Shown here piece after piece: positions 7,146 to 17,122 of a stretch of DNA of 32,000 bases. Origin of the DNA: Acaryochloris thomasi RCC1774 (GTDB lineage Bacteria > Cyanobacteriota > Cyanobacteriia > Thermosynechococcales > Thermosynechococcaceae); assembly GCF_003231495.1 (NCBI RefSeq), contig NZ_PQWO01000026.1, positions 1 through 32,000 on the forward strand, written 5' to 3'. Positions within the stretch are counted from its first letter, which is position 1, and each line of letters begins with the position of its first letter. The position numbers and the translations under genes are program-made. The notes under the pieces are model-generated. The model had not been told where the DNA came from, ran no database searches, and saw nothing but the letters and a program-made list of their open reading frames with translations.

Positions 7146-9200
7146 ATGATTTTTTCTTCTAAATCTGATGACTGGGACAAACTCAACCGAAGAGATTTAG
7201 TTGCTGCTATTGACGGTGTCTTTAAGACTCTCCACGATTATGTCGATGAGTCAAAAAATCACACGTCAAGCCATAGATTCCGCTCAAACACGAGCAATGC
7301 AGTTCACTCTCAAGAGGTCAATATGTCTGTGCCGACTGCTCTTGAGCAAGTCTGCAAGCACTTTGGTCTCACTGACTTTGAACGAAGTGTGCTTTTACTT
7401 TGTGCAGGGACTGAGCTAGATACACGATTTCAGCCCCTATATGCTAAAGCACACGGTACCAGTAGCCATAGATACTACCCGACATTCGGTTTAGCTCTTT
7501 CCGTCTTGCCCAATCCACATTGGAGCGCATTGATATCTAATGGACCACTGCGGCACTGGAACCTCATCCGTCTTGGTCAAGGGGATGCTTTGACAAATCG
7601 TTCTCTTTATATCGATGAGCGCATTCTTCATTATCTTGTGGGCACTCAAGCAATCGATGCCTCGTTGACAGAGATTTCTGACCTTCCACAAGAAACCAGA
7701 CAGCTAGTCCCATCTCATCAGCGGCTGGCTGACGAAATCACAGCCCTGTGGCAACAGCAGTCTTCTGGGGATAGCTTACCAGCGATACAGTTGTGTGGAC
7801 CGGAGATAGAAGATAAGACAGATATCGCCCAGGTTGTGTGTCACCAATCTAAGCAACGGGTGAGTTCTATGAGCTGCAATCGCCTCCCCGTCAATTCAGA
7901 GGACTTGGCTGCGTTCATTCGTCGATGGGAGCGAGAAAGCATTCTAGAGCAGAGAATCCTGCTCCTGAACTGTAATGACCTAGATCGGTCAGATCAGCTC
8001 TTGCAATCTGCTCTCAATCACCTACTTGAAGAAGTCGAAGGGCCTGTCATCATTACCTGCCGAACGCCATTTCAGGGCATTAGGCGTCAGATGATTCGCT
8101 TTGACGTTCCTAAACCGTTCCCTCAAGAACAATTGATGTCTTGGGAAGCCTCTATCGCAGAACTCAAAGCCCAGCTCAACGGACAAGGACATCTCGTACC
8201 CGAGCCAGAGCAGCTCTCTCAAGATTTGCAGGAACTCACGGCTCAATTTCAACTGGGTACCTCTATGATTCGACAAGCCTGCACGGCAGCAGTTGGACAG
8301 TTGAAAACGCAATCTACACCGTCCCTCAAACAGACGCTATGGCAGAGTTGTCGAGTTCAAGCGCGTCCAGGTCTAGATGAGTTGGCAGAGCGTCTCGAAT
8401 CTAAACTGTCCTGGGATGATTTAGTCCTGCCGCCACTGCAGCAAGAGACCCTAGAATCAATCTCGGCCCACGTTCGACAACGGGCCAAAGTCTACGAAAG
8501 GTGGGGATTTGCTGCAAAAAACAGGCGTGGCTTAGGCATTACAGCGCTCTTCGCAGGACCAAGCGGCACCGGGAAAACCCTTGCTGCCGGGGTCCTCGCC
8601 AATGAGCTGAAGCTGGACCTCTACAAAATCGAGCTGTCGTCAGTGGTCAGCAAGTACATTGGCGAAACCGAAAAAAATCTCCAGCGGATCTTTGATGCAG
8701 CAGAGACCGGTGGCGCAATCTTGCTCTTTGACGAAGCAGACTCTATTTTTGGTAAACGAAGTGAAGTAAAAGATTCCAAGGATCGCTATGCCAACCTCGA
8801 GGTTAGTTACTTACTGCAGCGCATGGAATCCTATCCAGGGTTGGCTATTTTAACGACAAATTTGCAAAGCAGCTTAGATCCGGCTTTTCTGCGACGGCTG
8901 CGATTTGTGACTCAATTTTCTCTTCCTGATGCGGCTCATCGGGCCGAGATTTGGCGACGAGTCTTTCCATCAACGGCCCCGACAGCAGGGCTTGCTTTTG
9001 ACCGACTGGCTCAACTCAATACACCGGGTGGAAACATTCGTAACATTGCCTTGAATGCCGCTTTTATCGCTGCCGATGAGGGAGATTCCGTTCAAATGAA
9101 GCATATTTTGAAGGCAACTCAAACGGAGTATGAAAAGCTAGGCAAGTCCTTAACCAGTGTTGAAGTCTCGGGCTGGGTTGACGAAAAAGTTCCTATTTGA
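7146..9200 (+). CDS. AAA+ ATPase of the eCIS Afp15/Pvc15 type
   Basis: 684 aa with AAAGGAG RBS. C-terminal AAA module with Walker A GPSGTGKT and Walker B ILLFDEAD, plus SKYIGETEKNLQRIFD and LDPAFLRRLRF. The long N-terminal region (FGLTDFERSVLLLCAGTELD) is as in eCIS-associated ATPases. Confidence 0.9.
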   Translation: MIFSSKSDDWDKLNRRDLVAAIDGVFKTLHDYVDESKNHTSSHRFRSNTSNAVHSQEVNMSVPTALEQVCKHFGLTDFERSVLLLCAGTELDTRFQPLYAKAHGTSSHRYYPTFGLALSVLPNPHWSALISNGPLRHWNLIRLGQGDALTNRSLYIDERILHYLVGTQAIDASLTEISDLPQETRQLVPSHQRLADEITALWQQQSSGDSLPAIQLCGPEIEDKTDIAQVVCHQSKQRVSSMSCNRLPVNSEDLAAFIRRWERESILEQRILLLNCNDLDRSDQLLQSALNHLLEEVEGPVIITCRTPFQGIRRQMIRFDVPKPFPQEQLMSWEASIAELKAQLNGQGHLVPEPEQLSQDLQELTAQFQLGTSMIRQACTAAVGQLKTQSTPSLKQTLWQSCRVQARPGLDELAERLESKLSWDDLVLPPLQQETLESISAHVRQRAKVYERWGFAAKNRRGLGITALFAGPSGTGKTLAAGVLANELKLDLYKIELSSVVSKYIGETEKNLQRIFDAAETGGAILLFDEADSIFGKRSEVKDSKDRYANLEVSYLLQRMESYPGLAILTTNLQSSLDPAFLRRLRFVTQFSLPDAAHRAEIWRRVFPSTAPTAGLAFDRLAQLNTPGGNIRNIALNAAFIAADEGDSVQMKHILKATQTEYEKLGKSLTSVEVSGWVDEKVPI

Positions 9201-9302
9201 GGAATATTCAGACCGATCTCGCTCGAGATGCGGATGGTGGATGGATAACAGCATTTTTCTCTCAGATCAGTATAATTAGTTGGCTGTAGCAGGTTAGTTT
9301 GC

Positions 9303-12300
9303 ATGAAATGCGATCGCAACTCCCCTCTCTTCCCAAAACTTAGCTCCCTCTCGGCGCTAACTATAGGCCTATGCCTCAGTGTTGCGCCGCAGGATACCCT
9401 CGCACAACTAACGCCCGATCAAACCTTAGGGCCTGAATCATCACGGGTTGAGAGACAGCCGCAGCCTACCCCAACCAACCTAATTACAGGGGGTGCTCGT
9501 CGTGGACAAAACCTTTTCCATAGCTTTCAAGACTTTAATGTAGAGTCAGGGCAGTCTGTCTTTTTTCGCAACCCCAACGGCGTCAACAACATTCTGACAC
9601 GGGTAACGGGTGGTTCTACATCAAATATAGATAGCGTGCTGGGCGTTCGGGGGGACGCAAATCTGTTTGTCATCAATCCCAACGGGATTATTTTCGGCCC
9701 TGATGCCTCTCTAGATGTCGGCGGCTCCTTTGTGGCGACCACTGCAGATGCTCTCCAATTCAATGAACAGGATTCTTTCAGTGCGACTTCGCCTCAGACC
9801 TCAAGCTTGCTGAGTATTCAGCCTTCTGCATTCTTCTTTAACCAAATCAATTCTGGAGAGATTACTAATCAATCACAGGCGTTCTTTGATTTTGCCAGCG
9901 GACTAACCGGAGGAATATCGACTGCAGGTCTAGGGGTTCCAGAGGGGAAAAGTCTCTTATTGGTTGGCGGAAATATCAATATCGATGGAGGAGGATTGAA
10001 TGCTATCAGTGGCCGGGTAGAGTTAGCCAGTGTTCAAGCAGGTCAAACTCTAGAAATTGACGAAGCCGATGGTGAGCTATCTTTACAATCTTTGTCGCCC
10101 GCGCAGGCTAGAAATATCACATTTGATAATGCAGGTATTACCACGACAGGAGCGAGAGGCCTGATTCGTTTTCAAGGTAACAACCTTATATTGACAGATA
10201 GCACCATTAGTACCTTTATCCCAACTACTTCTAGTTCAGTAGAGGGAGTTAATACAGGTATTGTTCTGATGGCACAGGATCTCGTGTTAGACGACACCTC
10301 TATAACAACCGCTCTCTTCTCCTCTCCTGAACAAGTCGGAGATATTTTGATTGAAGCAGATCAGTTCATAGCACGAAATAATAGTTCTCTATCGGCAGGA
10401 ACGTCAACTTCGGGTAACGAGGGAAACATTATTATTAAGGTAAAAGATTTATTCTCCCTCGATAGCAGTAGCCTTTCGACCGAATCAACCAATGTCATCC
10501 TCGACGCAGGCGAGAGTGGAGATATTGAGATTGATGCTGAAGAATTCACCTCTCTGAATAATGCAGAGATTTCCACTTCCACCATAGGTATAGGAAACGC
10601 AGGAGATATTTTAATTGAAGCCAGGAACCGAGTCCTACTTGATAATAGTCAAATTCGTAGTGAATCAAACCCATCCCCGTCAGATCCTTTTTCAGAGATA
10701 GGTGAGGCAGGTGAGATTCAAATAAAATCAGCACAATTCACGGCTCAGAATAATTCACAGTTATCCACGTCAACATCAACCACTGGGAATTCAGGCAATA
10801 TCATCATTAAAGTGGATGACTTTTCATTAATAAGCAATAGTCGTATCCGCAACAACATAAGATCTTCAGCTAGCGGAGATGGAGGAAATATAAACATTGA
10901 TGCTGGTCAATTTACTGTACAAGATGACTCAGTTATATCGACTAATCTCAATGGTCAAAGCAGCGCCGGAAGCATCAATATAAAAGCAGATAATCTTTCA
11001 TTAATAAACGATGGACGTATTCGGAGTGATATAAATTCATTGGGTAGAGGAGATGGAGGAGACATCAACATTGAGTCTGATCAATTTACTGCACAGAACG
11101 ACTCAGTTATATCTACCAATCTTTTTGGCCAGGGTAAGACAGGAAATATCAATATCAAAGCAGATGATTTTTCACTAGCAAGTAATAGTCGCATCCGTAG
11201 CGATGTTAACGCTTCTGCCATCGGAAATGGAGGAAATATTAATATTGATATCGACCGTTTTTCCGCACAAAACGACTCGTTCCTATTCACGATTTTATTT
11301 GGTCAAGGAACGTCAGGTGATATCAACGTCAGAGCAGATGATTTCTCACTAGTAAGTAACAGTCGCATCCGTAGCGACATTAATTCTTCAGCTGAAGGAG
11401 ATGGAGGGGATATTAATATTGAAGCTGAACAGTTCTCTGCAGATCAAAATTCATCTTTGACCTCAAATCTTTTTGGTCAAGGCAAGGCAGGGAATATCAG
11501 TATCAAAGCTTCTGCTTTCGACTTGAACGATGAAAGCAGTCTTCGTAGTGATGTTGTTGATTTTGCCAGAGGCGATGGAGGAGATATTAATGTTGTCGCT
11601 GAACAGTTTTCTGCACAAGATGCACGGATATCTACTATCCTCTTTGACTTTGGCGAAGGCAACACAGGAAATATTGATGTTACTGCGAAAGATTTGATGT
11701 TAACTAATACCGATATCTCTAGTGATACTAGGCCTAGCTCTAAAGGTGATGCAGGAAATATTCAGATTAAAGCCGAAAAGCTTATAAGTCAGAACAGTAA
11801 GTTTCTCACAACAACGTCAAGCCGGGGAAATGCAGGGGGCTTGACTTTTAATGTTAGTGATAAGTTTCTGCTTGTGGATAGCTCTATTTTGAGTGATAAC
11901 TTTCAGACTTTAGAGGACGACGGCAGAACTATCTTTGTAGACTTTGTGGGCTCGGGTGACGCAGGCAACATCGAGATTAGTGCTAGACAACTCATTAGTC
12001 GTAATAGTTTGTCCTCTAGTACAACACTGAGTCAGGGCAATGCAGGGAACATTACTTTCAATATTGACGATTTGCTCCAGATTAACAACAGTCGTATCTT
12101 CAGTGCTGTAGGCTTCGAAGATGCAACAGGTGGTGCAGGTAATGTTGAGATTAATGCTGGACAGCTGATCAGCCAAAATGGTAGTGGGTTTTCGACATCA
12201 ACATCCGGTCAAGGCGATGCAGGAGACTTGACTTTTGATATTGGCGGTCAGCTTTTGCTTAACAACAGTTCTGTCTTGAGCGAGTCAGGTCCCCGAGCCA

Positions 12301-13340
12301 CGGGGCGCGGAGGCAATATCAATATTCAAACGCAGGAATTACAGGTTACGAATGGGGCGGTAGTCTCTGCAGCAAATTTTGGTAATGGCGCAGGTGGTAA
12401 TCTAAGCGTCTCTGCCTCAAAGGGGATTGAATTAAGGGGCACAGATAGTCAATTATCTGTCGCATCAGATGCAATGGCCTCTGGTAACGCAGGCAGCTTA
12501 AACGTTGAAACTCAGGACCTAGCCATCGCTGGTGGTGCTCAAATCACAGTGAGCAGTCTTCAAGCCCAGGCCGGAACCCTGACAATCAATGCGAATTCGC
12601 TCGAACTCAATCAAGGAACTCTAAGTGCAGAAACAGGTGAAAGTGGTCAAGAGGGAGCCAACATCAATCTACAAATCTCTCAAATCTTGACGCTTAGAAA
12701 TGAGAGCCTTATTTCTGCTGACGCATTTGGAGAGGCCAATGGTGGAAATATCTTAATCAATGCTCTTTTGCTCCTTGCATTGTCGCCAGAAGGCCCCAAC
12801 GGCAGTGACATCATCGCCAATGCCATCGATGGTCAAGGTGGAAATATCAGCATTACTACTCAAGGACGCTTTGGCATTGAACCCCGCGATTCGCTAACGC
12901 CACTGAACGATATTACGGCAAGTTCAAGTACTAACCTTCCGGGGGAAATTTTCATTCAAACTTCGGAAGTTGATCCTAGCGATAACATCATCAGTCTTCC
13001 TATTCGGCCCCCCGAGGTGAAAGTCGTCAAAAGTTGTTCAGCTCGGCAGGGCCGCAGCGATTTTGTGGTGACAGGGCGAGGTGGATTGCCACCGACAGCC
13101 CAAGAGTCACTGGGGCAGGATGCCTTTCAGGTAGGTTTAGTGACGCTCGATCCTTCGACAGAACCCAACGTAAAAAATCACAATGTGCTGCCCCAAAAAA
13201 CGCAATCACCACCATCTAAAAGTTCAGTGCAGCAAATAAACGAAGCTCAAGGCTGGAGGAAAAATGCGAAAGGGAAATTGATGCTAATAGCTGAAACTCC
13301 ATCGGCAAGCGTATCGCCCCAGCCCAGCTGTCAGGGGTAA
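9303..13340 (+). CDS. filamentous-haemagglutinin-like exoprotein: signal peptide + TPS (haemagglutination activity) domain + long beta-helix repeat region
   Basis: 1345 aa. Signal-like N-terminus LSALTIGLCLSVAPQDTLAQ. TPS-domain hallmarks GQNLFHSFQDFNV, NILTRVTGG, ANLFVINPNGIIFG. After that come tens of G(D/N)(A/G)GNI(N/T)I-type beta-helix repeats. Confidence 0.9.
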   Translation: MKCDRNSPLFPKLSSLSALTIGLCLSVAPQDTLAQLTPDQTLGPESSRVERQPQPTPTNLITGGARRGQNLFHSFQDFNVESGQSVFFRNPNGVNNILTRVTGGSTSNIDSVLGVRGDANLFVINPNGIIFGPDASLDVGGSFVATTADALQFNEQDSFSATSPQTSSLLSIQPSAFFFNQINSGEITNQSQAFFDFASGLTGGISTAGLGVPEGKSLLLVGGNINIDGGGLNAISGRVELASVQAGQTLEIDEADGELSLQSLSPAQARNITFDNAGITTTGARGLIRFQGNNLILTDSTISTFIPTTSSSVEGVNTGIVLMAQDLVLDDTSITTALFSSPEQVGDILIEADQFIARNNSSLSAGTSTSGNEGNIIIKVKDLFSLDSSSLSTESTNVILDAGESGDIEIDAEEFTSLNNAEISTSTIGIGNAGDILIEARNRVLLDNSQIRSESNPSPSDPFSEIGEAGEIQIKSAQFTAQNNSQLSTSTSTTGNSGNIIIKVDDFSLISNSRIRNNIRSSASGDGGNINIDAGQFTVQDDSVISTNLNGQSSAGSINIKADNLSLINDGRIRSDINSLGRGDGGDINIESDQFTAQNDSVISTNLFGQGKTGNINIKADDFSLASNSRIRSDVNASAIGNGGNINIDIDRFSAQNDSFLFTILFGQGTSGDINVRADDFSLVSNSRIRSDINSSAEGDGGDINIEAEQFSADQNSSLTSNLFGQGKAGNISIKASAFDLNDESSLRSDVVDFARGDGGDINVVAEQFSAQDARISTILFDFGEGNTGNIDVTAKDLMLTNTDISSDTRPSSKGDAGNIQIKAEKLISQNSKFLTTTSSRGNAGGLTFNVSDKFLLVDSSILSDNFQTLEDDGRTIFVDFVGSGDAGNIEISARQLISRNSLSSSTTLSQGNAGNITFNIDDLLQINNSRIFSAVGFEDATGGAGNVEINAGQLISQNGSGFSTSTSGQGDAGDLTFDIGGQLLLNNSSVLSESGPRATGRGGNINIQTQELQVTNGAVVSAANFGNGAGGNLSVSASKGIELRGTDSQLSVASDAMASGNAGSLNVETQDLAIAGGAQITVSSLQAQAGTLTINANSLELNQGTLSAETGESGQEGANINLQISQILTLRNESLISADAFGEANGGNILINALLLLALSPEGPNGSDIIANAIDGQGGNISITTQGRFGIEPRDSLTPLNDITASSSTNLPGEIFIQTSEVDPSDNIISLPIRPPEVKVVKSCSARQGRSDFVVTGRGGLPPTAQESLGQDAFQVGLVTLDPSTEPNVKNHNVLPQKTQSPPSKSSVQQINEAQGWRKNAKGKLMLIAETPSASVSPQPSCQG
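10701..11918 (+). repeat. seven in-frame tandem 174-bp (58-aa) diverged repeat units inside the FhaB-like gene
   Basis: The unit-initial GG(A/T/C)GA(T/G) or GGAAAT codon pairs recur at 10701, 10875, 11049, 11223, 11397, 11571 and 11745, spaced exactly 174 bp. The protein unit is about GDGGNINIDAGQFTAQNDSVISTNLFGQGKAGNINIKADDFSL.SNSRIRSDINSSA. Flanking repeats have 192- and 210-bp periods. Confidence 0.85.
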
Positions 13341-13343
13341 GTT

Positions 13344-16244
13344 ATGAAGATTATGTTCTACCTTCAGCTACTGTGCAGATCCGCTATTTATGTTTTCTTG
13401 ATGAAGAGCAAGTACCCACTGCCTGCTCTAGCAATCTCAGCAGTCAGGATGTTATCCACCCAAAAACGCCACCGACCTGAAGTGATAGCAGCCCCTTTCA
13501 CGTCTACTCAGGGAACAGTCGTGACTCAGCCCAATTGTAATTTAGCCCCAACAGTCTCTGTGAACTTTCTTCAATGCGGTTCAAAGTCTGTCTATCCCCG
13601 CTCTTTTTTGTTGCTGAGCACAGTCTGCCTGTGTTTATCCACAGCACCTGCAAAAGCTAATACAGCACGGACGTTCCAAGTTGCTTCAGAACAAGCAGCT
13701 TCAGAACGACCTGCCCCCACGGCTAATGCTGAAGATCTAGTCCGTCAGGGCCGAACGCTATACGACTCAGGACAGTTTACTCAGGCAGCTCAGGTCTTCC
13801 AGCAGGCTGCACGTGCATTCCGCGGTGGTGGAGATGCATTGAGACAGGCAATGGCTCTGGGCAATCTTTCCCTCACCTATCAACACCTGGGGCAATGGTC
13901 AGCGGCAGAAAAATCTATTTCAGATGGACTTGTACTTCTGAGAGAAGATCAAAATCAAGAGAAGAGCCTGCAACAGCCGCAGGCAGAGCAGAGGTCTCTA
14001 CAGGTCTTAGCCCAGCTACATGATATTGAGGGACGCCTAGAATTAGAGCGCGGACGGCCTCAAGCTGCACTGACCCGATGGCAACAGGCCGCTGCAGCCT
14101 ATACCCAGCTTGATGATCCTGCAAAACTTTGGCAGAGCCGAATCAATATGGCCCAGGCCCAGCAGGCTTTAGGGCGATATCGTCAGGCCCGTTCCATGCT
14201 GTTAGAGGCTAAAACTCAGCTCGCCAGCCAGTCAGACTCAATATTGAAGGCAACAGGGCTACGCAGTCTAGGTAATGTATTTCGAGTTGTAGGTGATCTC
14301 CAGCTTTCTCAACAAGCGCTAGAAGAGAGTCTGGCGATTATGACTCAAGTTTCAGATGCTCAAAATACTCAGGATCAGGTTAGCACTCGCTTGAGTTTAG
14401 GGCGGACCCTGCGTGCCCAAGGCGAGATTTATCAGGCGTTAGCGTTATTTCAATCGGCTGCAAACAGCACTGACTCGCTAGAGCTGCAGACTCAAGCCCA
14501 GCTTCAGGAACTATCACTGCGCGTCGCCAATCAAGAGCTAGCGGCGGCGGAGGCTCTGTGGCCCCAACTGGTGTCTCAGATCAAGCAGCTTCCTTCTGGC
14601 CGGACGGCGATATACGCCAGTGTTTTCCTAAGTGAGATTCTTGCTCAGCTGGAAACGGCTAACGCCAGTGGTGCAATACGGCAATCATCGTCTAGCTCTC
14701 GCGAGAGTGCTCAGCTATTGGCAGCGAGTATCCAGCAAGCCAAGTATTTGGGTGATTTGCGGGCCGAAAGCTTAGCTTTGGGAGCTCTCGGTAAGATTTA
14801 CGAGAAAAGTCAGCAGCAGGCAGATGCGATTGATCTGACCCAGAAGGCTTTACTCCTGTCACAATCGCTGGATCTGCCGGATCTGTCCTATCAATGGCAG
14901 TGGCAGCTAGGCCGGCTGCAGCAAAGCGAAGGAGAGATCGAAGCCTCTATTGCCTCATATTCTGATGCGGTGAACAATCTTCAGACTTTGCGGCAAGATT
15001 TAGCGACGCTCAATCCAGAGGTGCAATTCTCCTTTCGGGACAAAGTGGAGCCGGTCTATCGCGAGTTGGTGAGCTTGCTTCTGCTGGCTCCAGATGGGAT
15101 ACCTCCGAGTCAAGCGCAACTCCAGCAAGCGAGAACGGTGCTGGAGTCTTTAAAAATTGCAGAACTGGAAAATTACTTTCGCTCAGCCTGTCTTGATGCG
15201 ACGGAAACCATTGACAAAGTGGTCGACCAGCAAGATTCAAATGCGGCTGTCCTGTATCCCGTTGTGCTCAAAGATCGGCTGGCGCTGATTCTCAAGATTC
15301 CACGACAGGAGCAGCTTGAGTTCTTTAGTACAGAGGTGTCTCAGGGTACGTTCGAGGAAACGGTTAACCAGCTCCAGGTGTCTCTGCCCGATATTACCCG
15401 CGTGTCTAAGGTCAAACAGTCGTCGCAGCAGGTTTATGACTGGTTGATTCGCCCGATTGAGCAGACGCTGGCGGCCAATGAAATCGATACGTTAACTTTT
15501 GCCTTGGACGGTCCGCTGCGAAATATTCCGATGGCAGTGCTCTATGACCAGCAACGGCAGCAGTATCTGGTGGAAAAATATGCGATCGCACTTGCTCCCA
15601 GCCTCCAGCTCGTCACTCCGAAGCCGCTTAAAAAAGTCCCACTTAACGTCTTGGCCGCTGGCATTAACGAACAGCGAATTGTAGAGGGACGCGAGTTTGC
15701 ACCGTTATCCAATGTCAGCAACGAACTAAGTCAGATCGATACGCAACTTTCAAACAGTCAGAATCTGATCAATCAGCGATTCACTGTCAAAAACCTAACC
15801 AGTACGCTGCGGGCAAAGCCGTTCTCTATCGTACATATTGCTACCCACGGAGAATTCAGCTCTAGCCTGGACAACACCTATCTGCTCACTTGGAACCAGC
15901 TTCTCAAAGGGAATGAGTTAGCAACTCTACTGCAGCAGAGTGATGATGATCAAAACGGTATTGAACTCCTGGTGCTGAGCGCTTGTCAGACCGCCGTCGG
16001 AGATGAGCGAGCCACGCTTGGATTAGCGGGCATTGCTGTCCAGGCGGGGGCACGCAGTACGCTGGCTACACTGTGGTCCATTGATGATCAGTCTACTTCT
16101 GTGCTGATGAGCCAGTTCTATCAAGCGCTGAAGGCCGGACAAACAAAGGCGGAGGCATTAAGAACGGCCCAGCTAGCGGCTTTGGACCAAGATCGACGCC
16201 CCTATTTGTGGGCACCCTACGTCTTGGTCGGAAACTGGCTTTAA
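13344..16244 (+). CDS. TPR-repeat CHAT-domain (caspase-like) protease, probably exported
   Basis: C-terminal CHAT signature with a His/Cys dyad (IVHIATHGEF ... LLVLSACQTAVGD ... WAPYVLVGNWL). The central ~500 aa are TPR-like. A signal-peptide-like stretch RSFLLLSTVCLCLSTAPAKA sits at aa ~86-105 of the maximal ORF, so the true start may be ATG 13449 or GTG 13560. The maximal ORF starts 3 nt after the FhaB stop. Confidence 0.85.
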   Translation: MKIMFYLQLLCRSAIYVFLMKSKYPLPALAISAVRMLSTQKRHRPEVIAAPFTSTQGTVVTQPNCNLAPTVSVNFLQCGSKSVYPRSFLLLSTVCLCLSTAPAKANTARTFQVASEQAASERPAPTANAEDLVRQGRTLYDSGQFTQAAQVFQQAARAFRGGGDALRQAMALGNLSLTYQHLGQWSAAEKSISDGLVLLREDQNQEKSLQQPQAEQRSLQVLAQLHDIEGRLELERGRPQAALTRWQQAAAAYTQLDDPAKLWQSRINMAQAQQALGRYRQARSMLLEAKTQLASQSDSILKATGLRSLGNVFRVVGDLQLSQQALEESLAIMTQVSDAQNTQDQVSTRLSLGRTLRAQGEIYQALALFQSAANSTDSLELQTQAQLQELSLRVANQELAAAEALWPQLVSQIKQLPSGRTAIYASVFLSEILAQLETANASGAIRQSSSSSRESAQLLAASIQQAKYLGDLRAESLALGALGKIYEKSQQQADAIDLTQKALLLSQSLDLPDLSYQWQWQLGRLQQSEGEIEASIASYSDAVNNLQTLRQDLATLNPEVQFSFRDKVEPVYRELVSLLLLAPDGIPPSQAQLQQARTVLESLKIAELENYFRSACLDATETIDKVVDQQDSNAAVLYPVVLKDRLALILKIPRQEQLEFFSTEVSQGTFEETVNQLQVSLPDITRVSKVKQSSQQVYDWLIRPIEQTLAANEIDTLTFALDGPLRNIPMAVLYDQQRQQYLVEKYAIALAPSLQLVTPKPLKKVPLNVLAAGINEQRIVEGREFAPLSNVSNELSQIDTQLSNSQNLINQRFTVKNLTSTLRAKPFSIVHIATHGEFSSSLDNTYLLTWNQLLKGNELATLLQQSDDDQNGIELLVLSACQTAVGDERATLGLAGIAVQAGARSTLATLWSIDDQSTSVLMSQFYQALKAGQTKAEALRTAQLAALDQDRRPYLWAPYVLVGNWL

Positions 16245-16264
16245 AGACTCACGCTCCATCCCTG

Positions 16265-17122
16265 CTACTGAGGGGAGAACTGCTCAATGATGGGTTCATC
16301 CGCGACATCCTGCAGTCCGGCTTCAACGAGAAGATTGGACCAGTTACGACCCTGCGATCTCGCCGACCGGGTCAAGGTGTCATACCAAAAAACACTTTGA
16401 GAGCCTGCTACATCTGTGGTCGCTGCACTTGCTGACGGTGTGTTCGGCGCTGGAGATTCTCTTTTGAGCCAAGCATCGACGTAAAAGTACTCTGACTGAG
16501 CCGTAGAGTCACCGCAGTATAGTTTGAAGTACCAATGGTATTCCTGGTCAGGCTGCAGTGCATACTGCTCTGCATTGGGAAGATTGATGCCAATAGAACC
16601 GGATGCTGACGATAGCGGCAAATCGGTTCGGTAAAGATCTTCTCCGGCTTTATTCTGCAGCACAAATTCTCCCGCTCTCGCCTGATTGCCTGCAGGAACA
16701 TAAACCCAAAACGTGGGGTAAGCTACCGCGGTCGAAGCCATGTAAGAAATCGAACGTTGACTCTGTCCAGACGTGCTTTCAACACCAGGAACCAGCGCCG
16801 TCAGCGGCTTAGAGGCTGTTGGACAGTTATTCCGGCTAGCACCACCTCTGCGTCGTCCAGTGGGCGCGCCTCGATCTTTGAGCTTAGGCAGTGTGCCGGT
16901 TGCGTTATTGGGACTCGCTCCCCCCCTTTGACGCCCCACTGGGGCACCCCGATCCTTGAGCTTGGGCAGTGAGGATCCTTCAGATAGCTTTTTCACGCTG
17001 GTTGCAGCCGTCTGCGCCAGGGCAGAGAAAGGTGTGGCACCGAACAATAGGGGCAAAGCGATGCCCACTGACATCAGGGAAACTGACGAAGGCTTACTTC
17101 TCAGGATAGACGTCTTTTCCAT
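16265..17122 (-). CDS. DUF928 family protein with signal peptide
   Basis: YPTFWVYVP...GEFVLQNKAGEDLYRTDL...YHWYFKLYCG...YVDAWLKR is the DUF928 core. Start chosen at ATG 17122 (MEKTSILRSKPSSVSLMSVGIALPLLFGATPFSALAQ). The track start at 17185 would overlap the kinase gene by 85 nt. ATG 17074 is also possible. Confidence 0.8.
   Translation of the reverse strand: MEKTSILRSKPSSVSLMSVGIALPLLFGATPFSALAQTAATSVKKLSEGSSLPKLKDRGAPVGRQRGGASPNNATGTLPKLKDRGAPTGRRRGGASRNNCPTASKPLTALVPGVESTSGQSQRSISYMASTAVAYPTFWVYVPAGNQARAGEFVLQNKAGEDLYRTDLPLSSASGSIGINLPNAEQYALQPDQEYHWYFKLYCGDSTAQSEYFYVDAWLKRESPAPNTPSASAATTDVAGSQSVFWYDTLTRSARSQGRNWSNLLVEAGLQDVADEPIIEQFSPQ

Noticed and set aside
9214-9230. Short inverted repeat ATCTCGCTCGAGAT after the ATPase gene as a possible terminator.
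   Set aside because: It has only a 5-6 bp stem with a 2-4 nt loop and no U-tract.
271-9276. Perfect TATAAT hexamers at 271-276 and 9271-9276 as -10 promoter elements for the tail operon and the FhaB gene.
   Set aside because: No acceptable -35 lies at 16-18 bp in either case, and the surrounding DNA is AT-rich. Evidence is too weak to call them features.
10701-11918. Regular repeat spacing could at first glance suggest a CRISPR-like or satellite array.
   Set aside because: The units are 174 bp, diverged, in-frame and encode beta-helix repeats of the FhaB-like protein. There are no short identical repeats with unique spacers and no cas genes.
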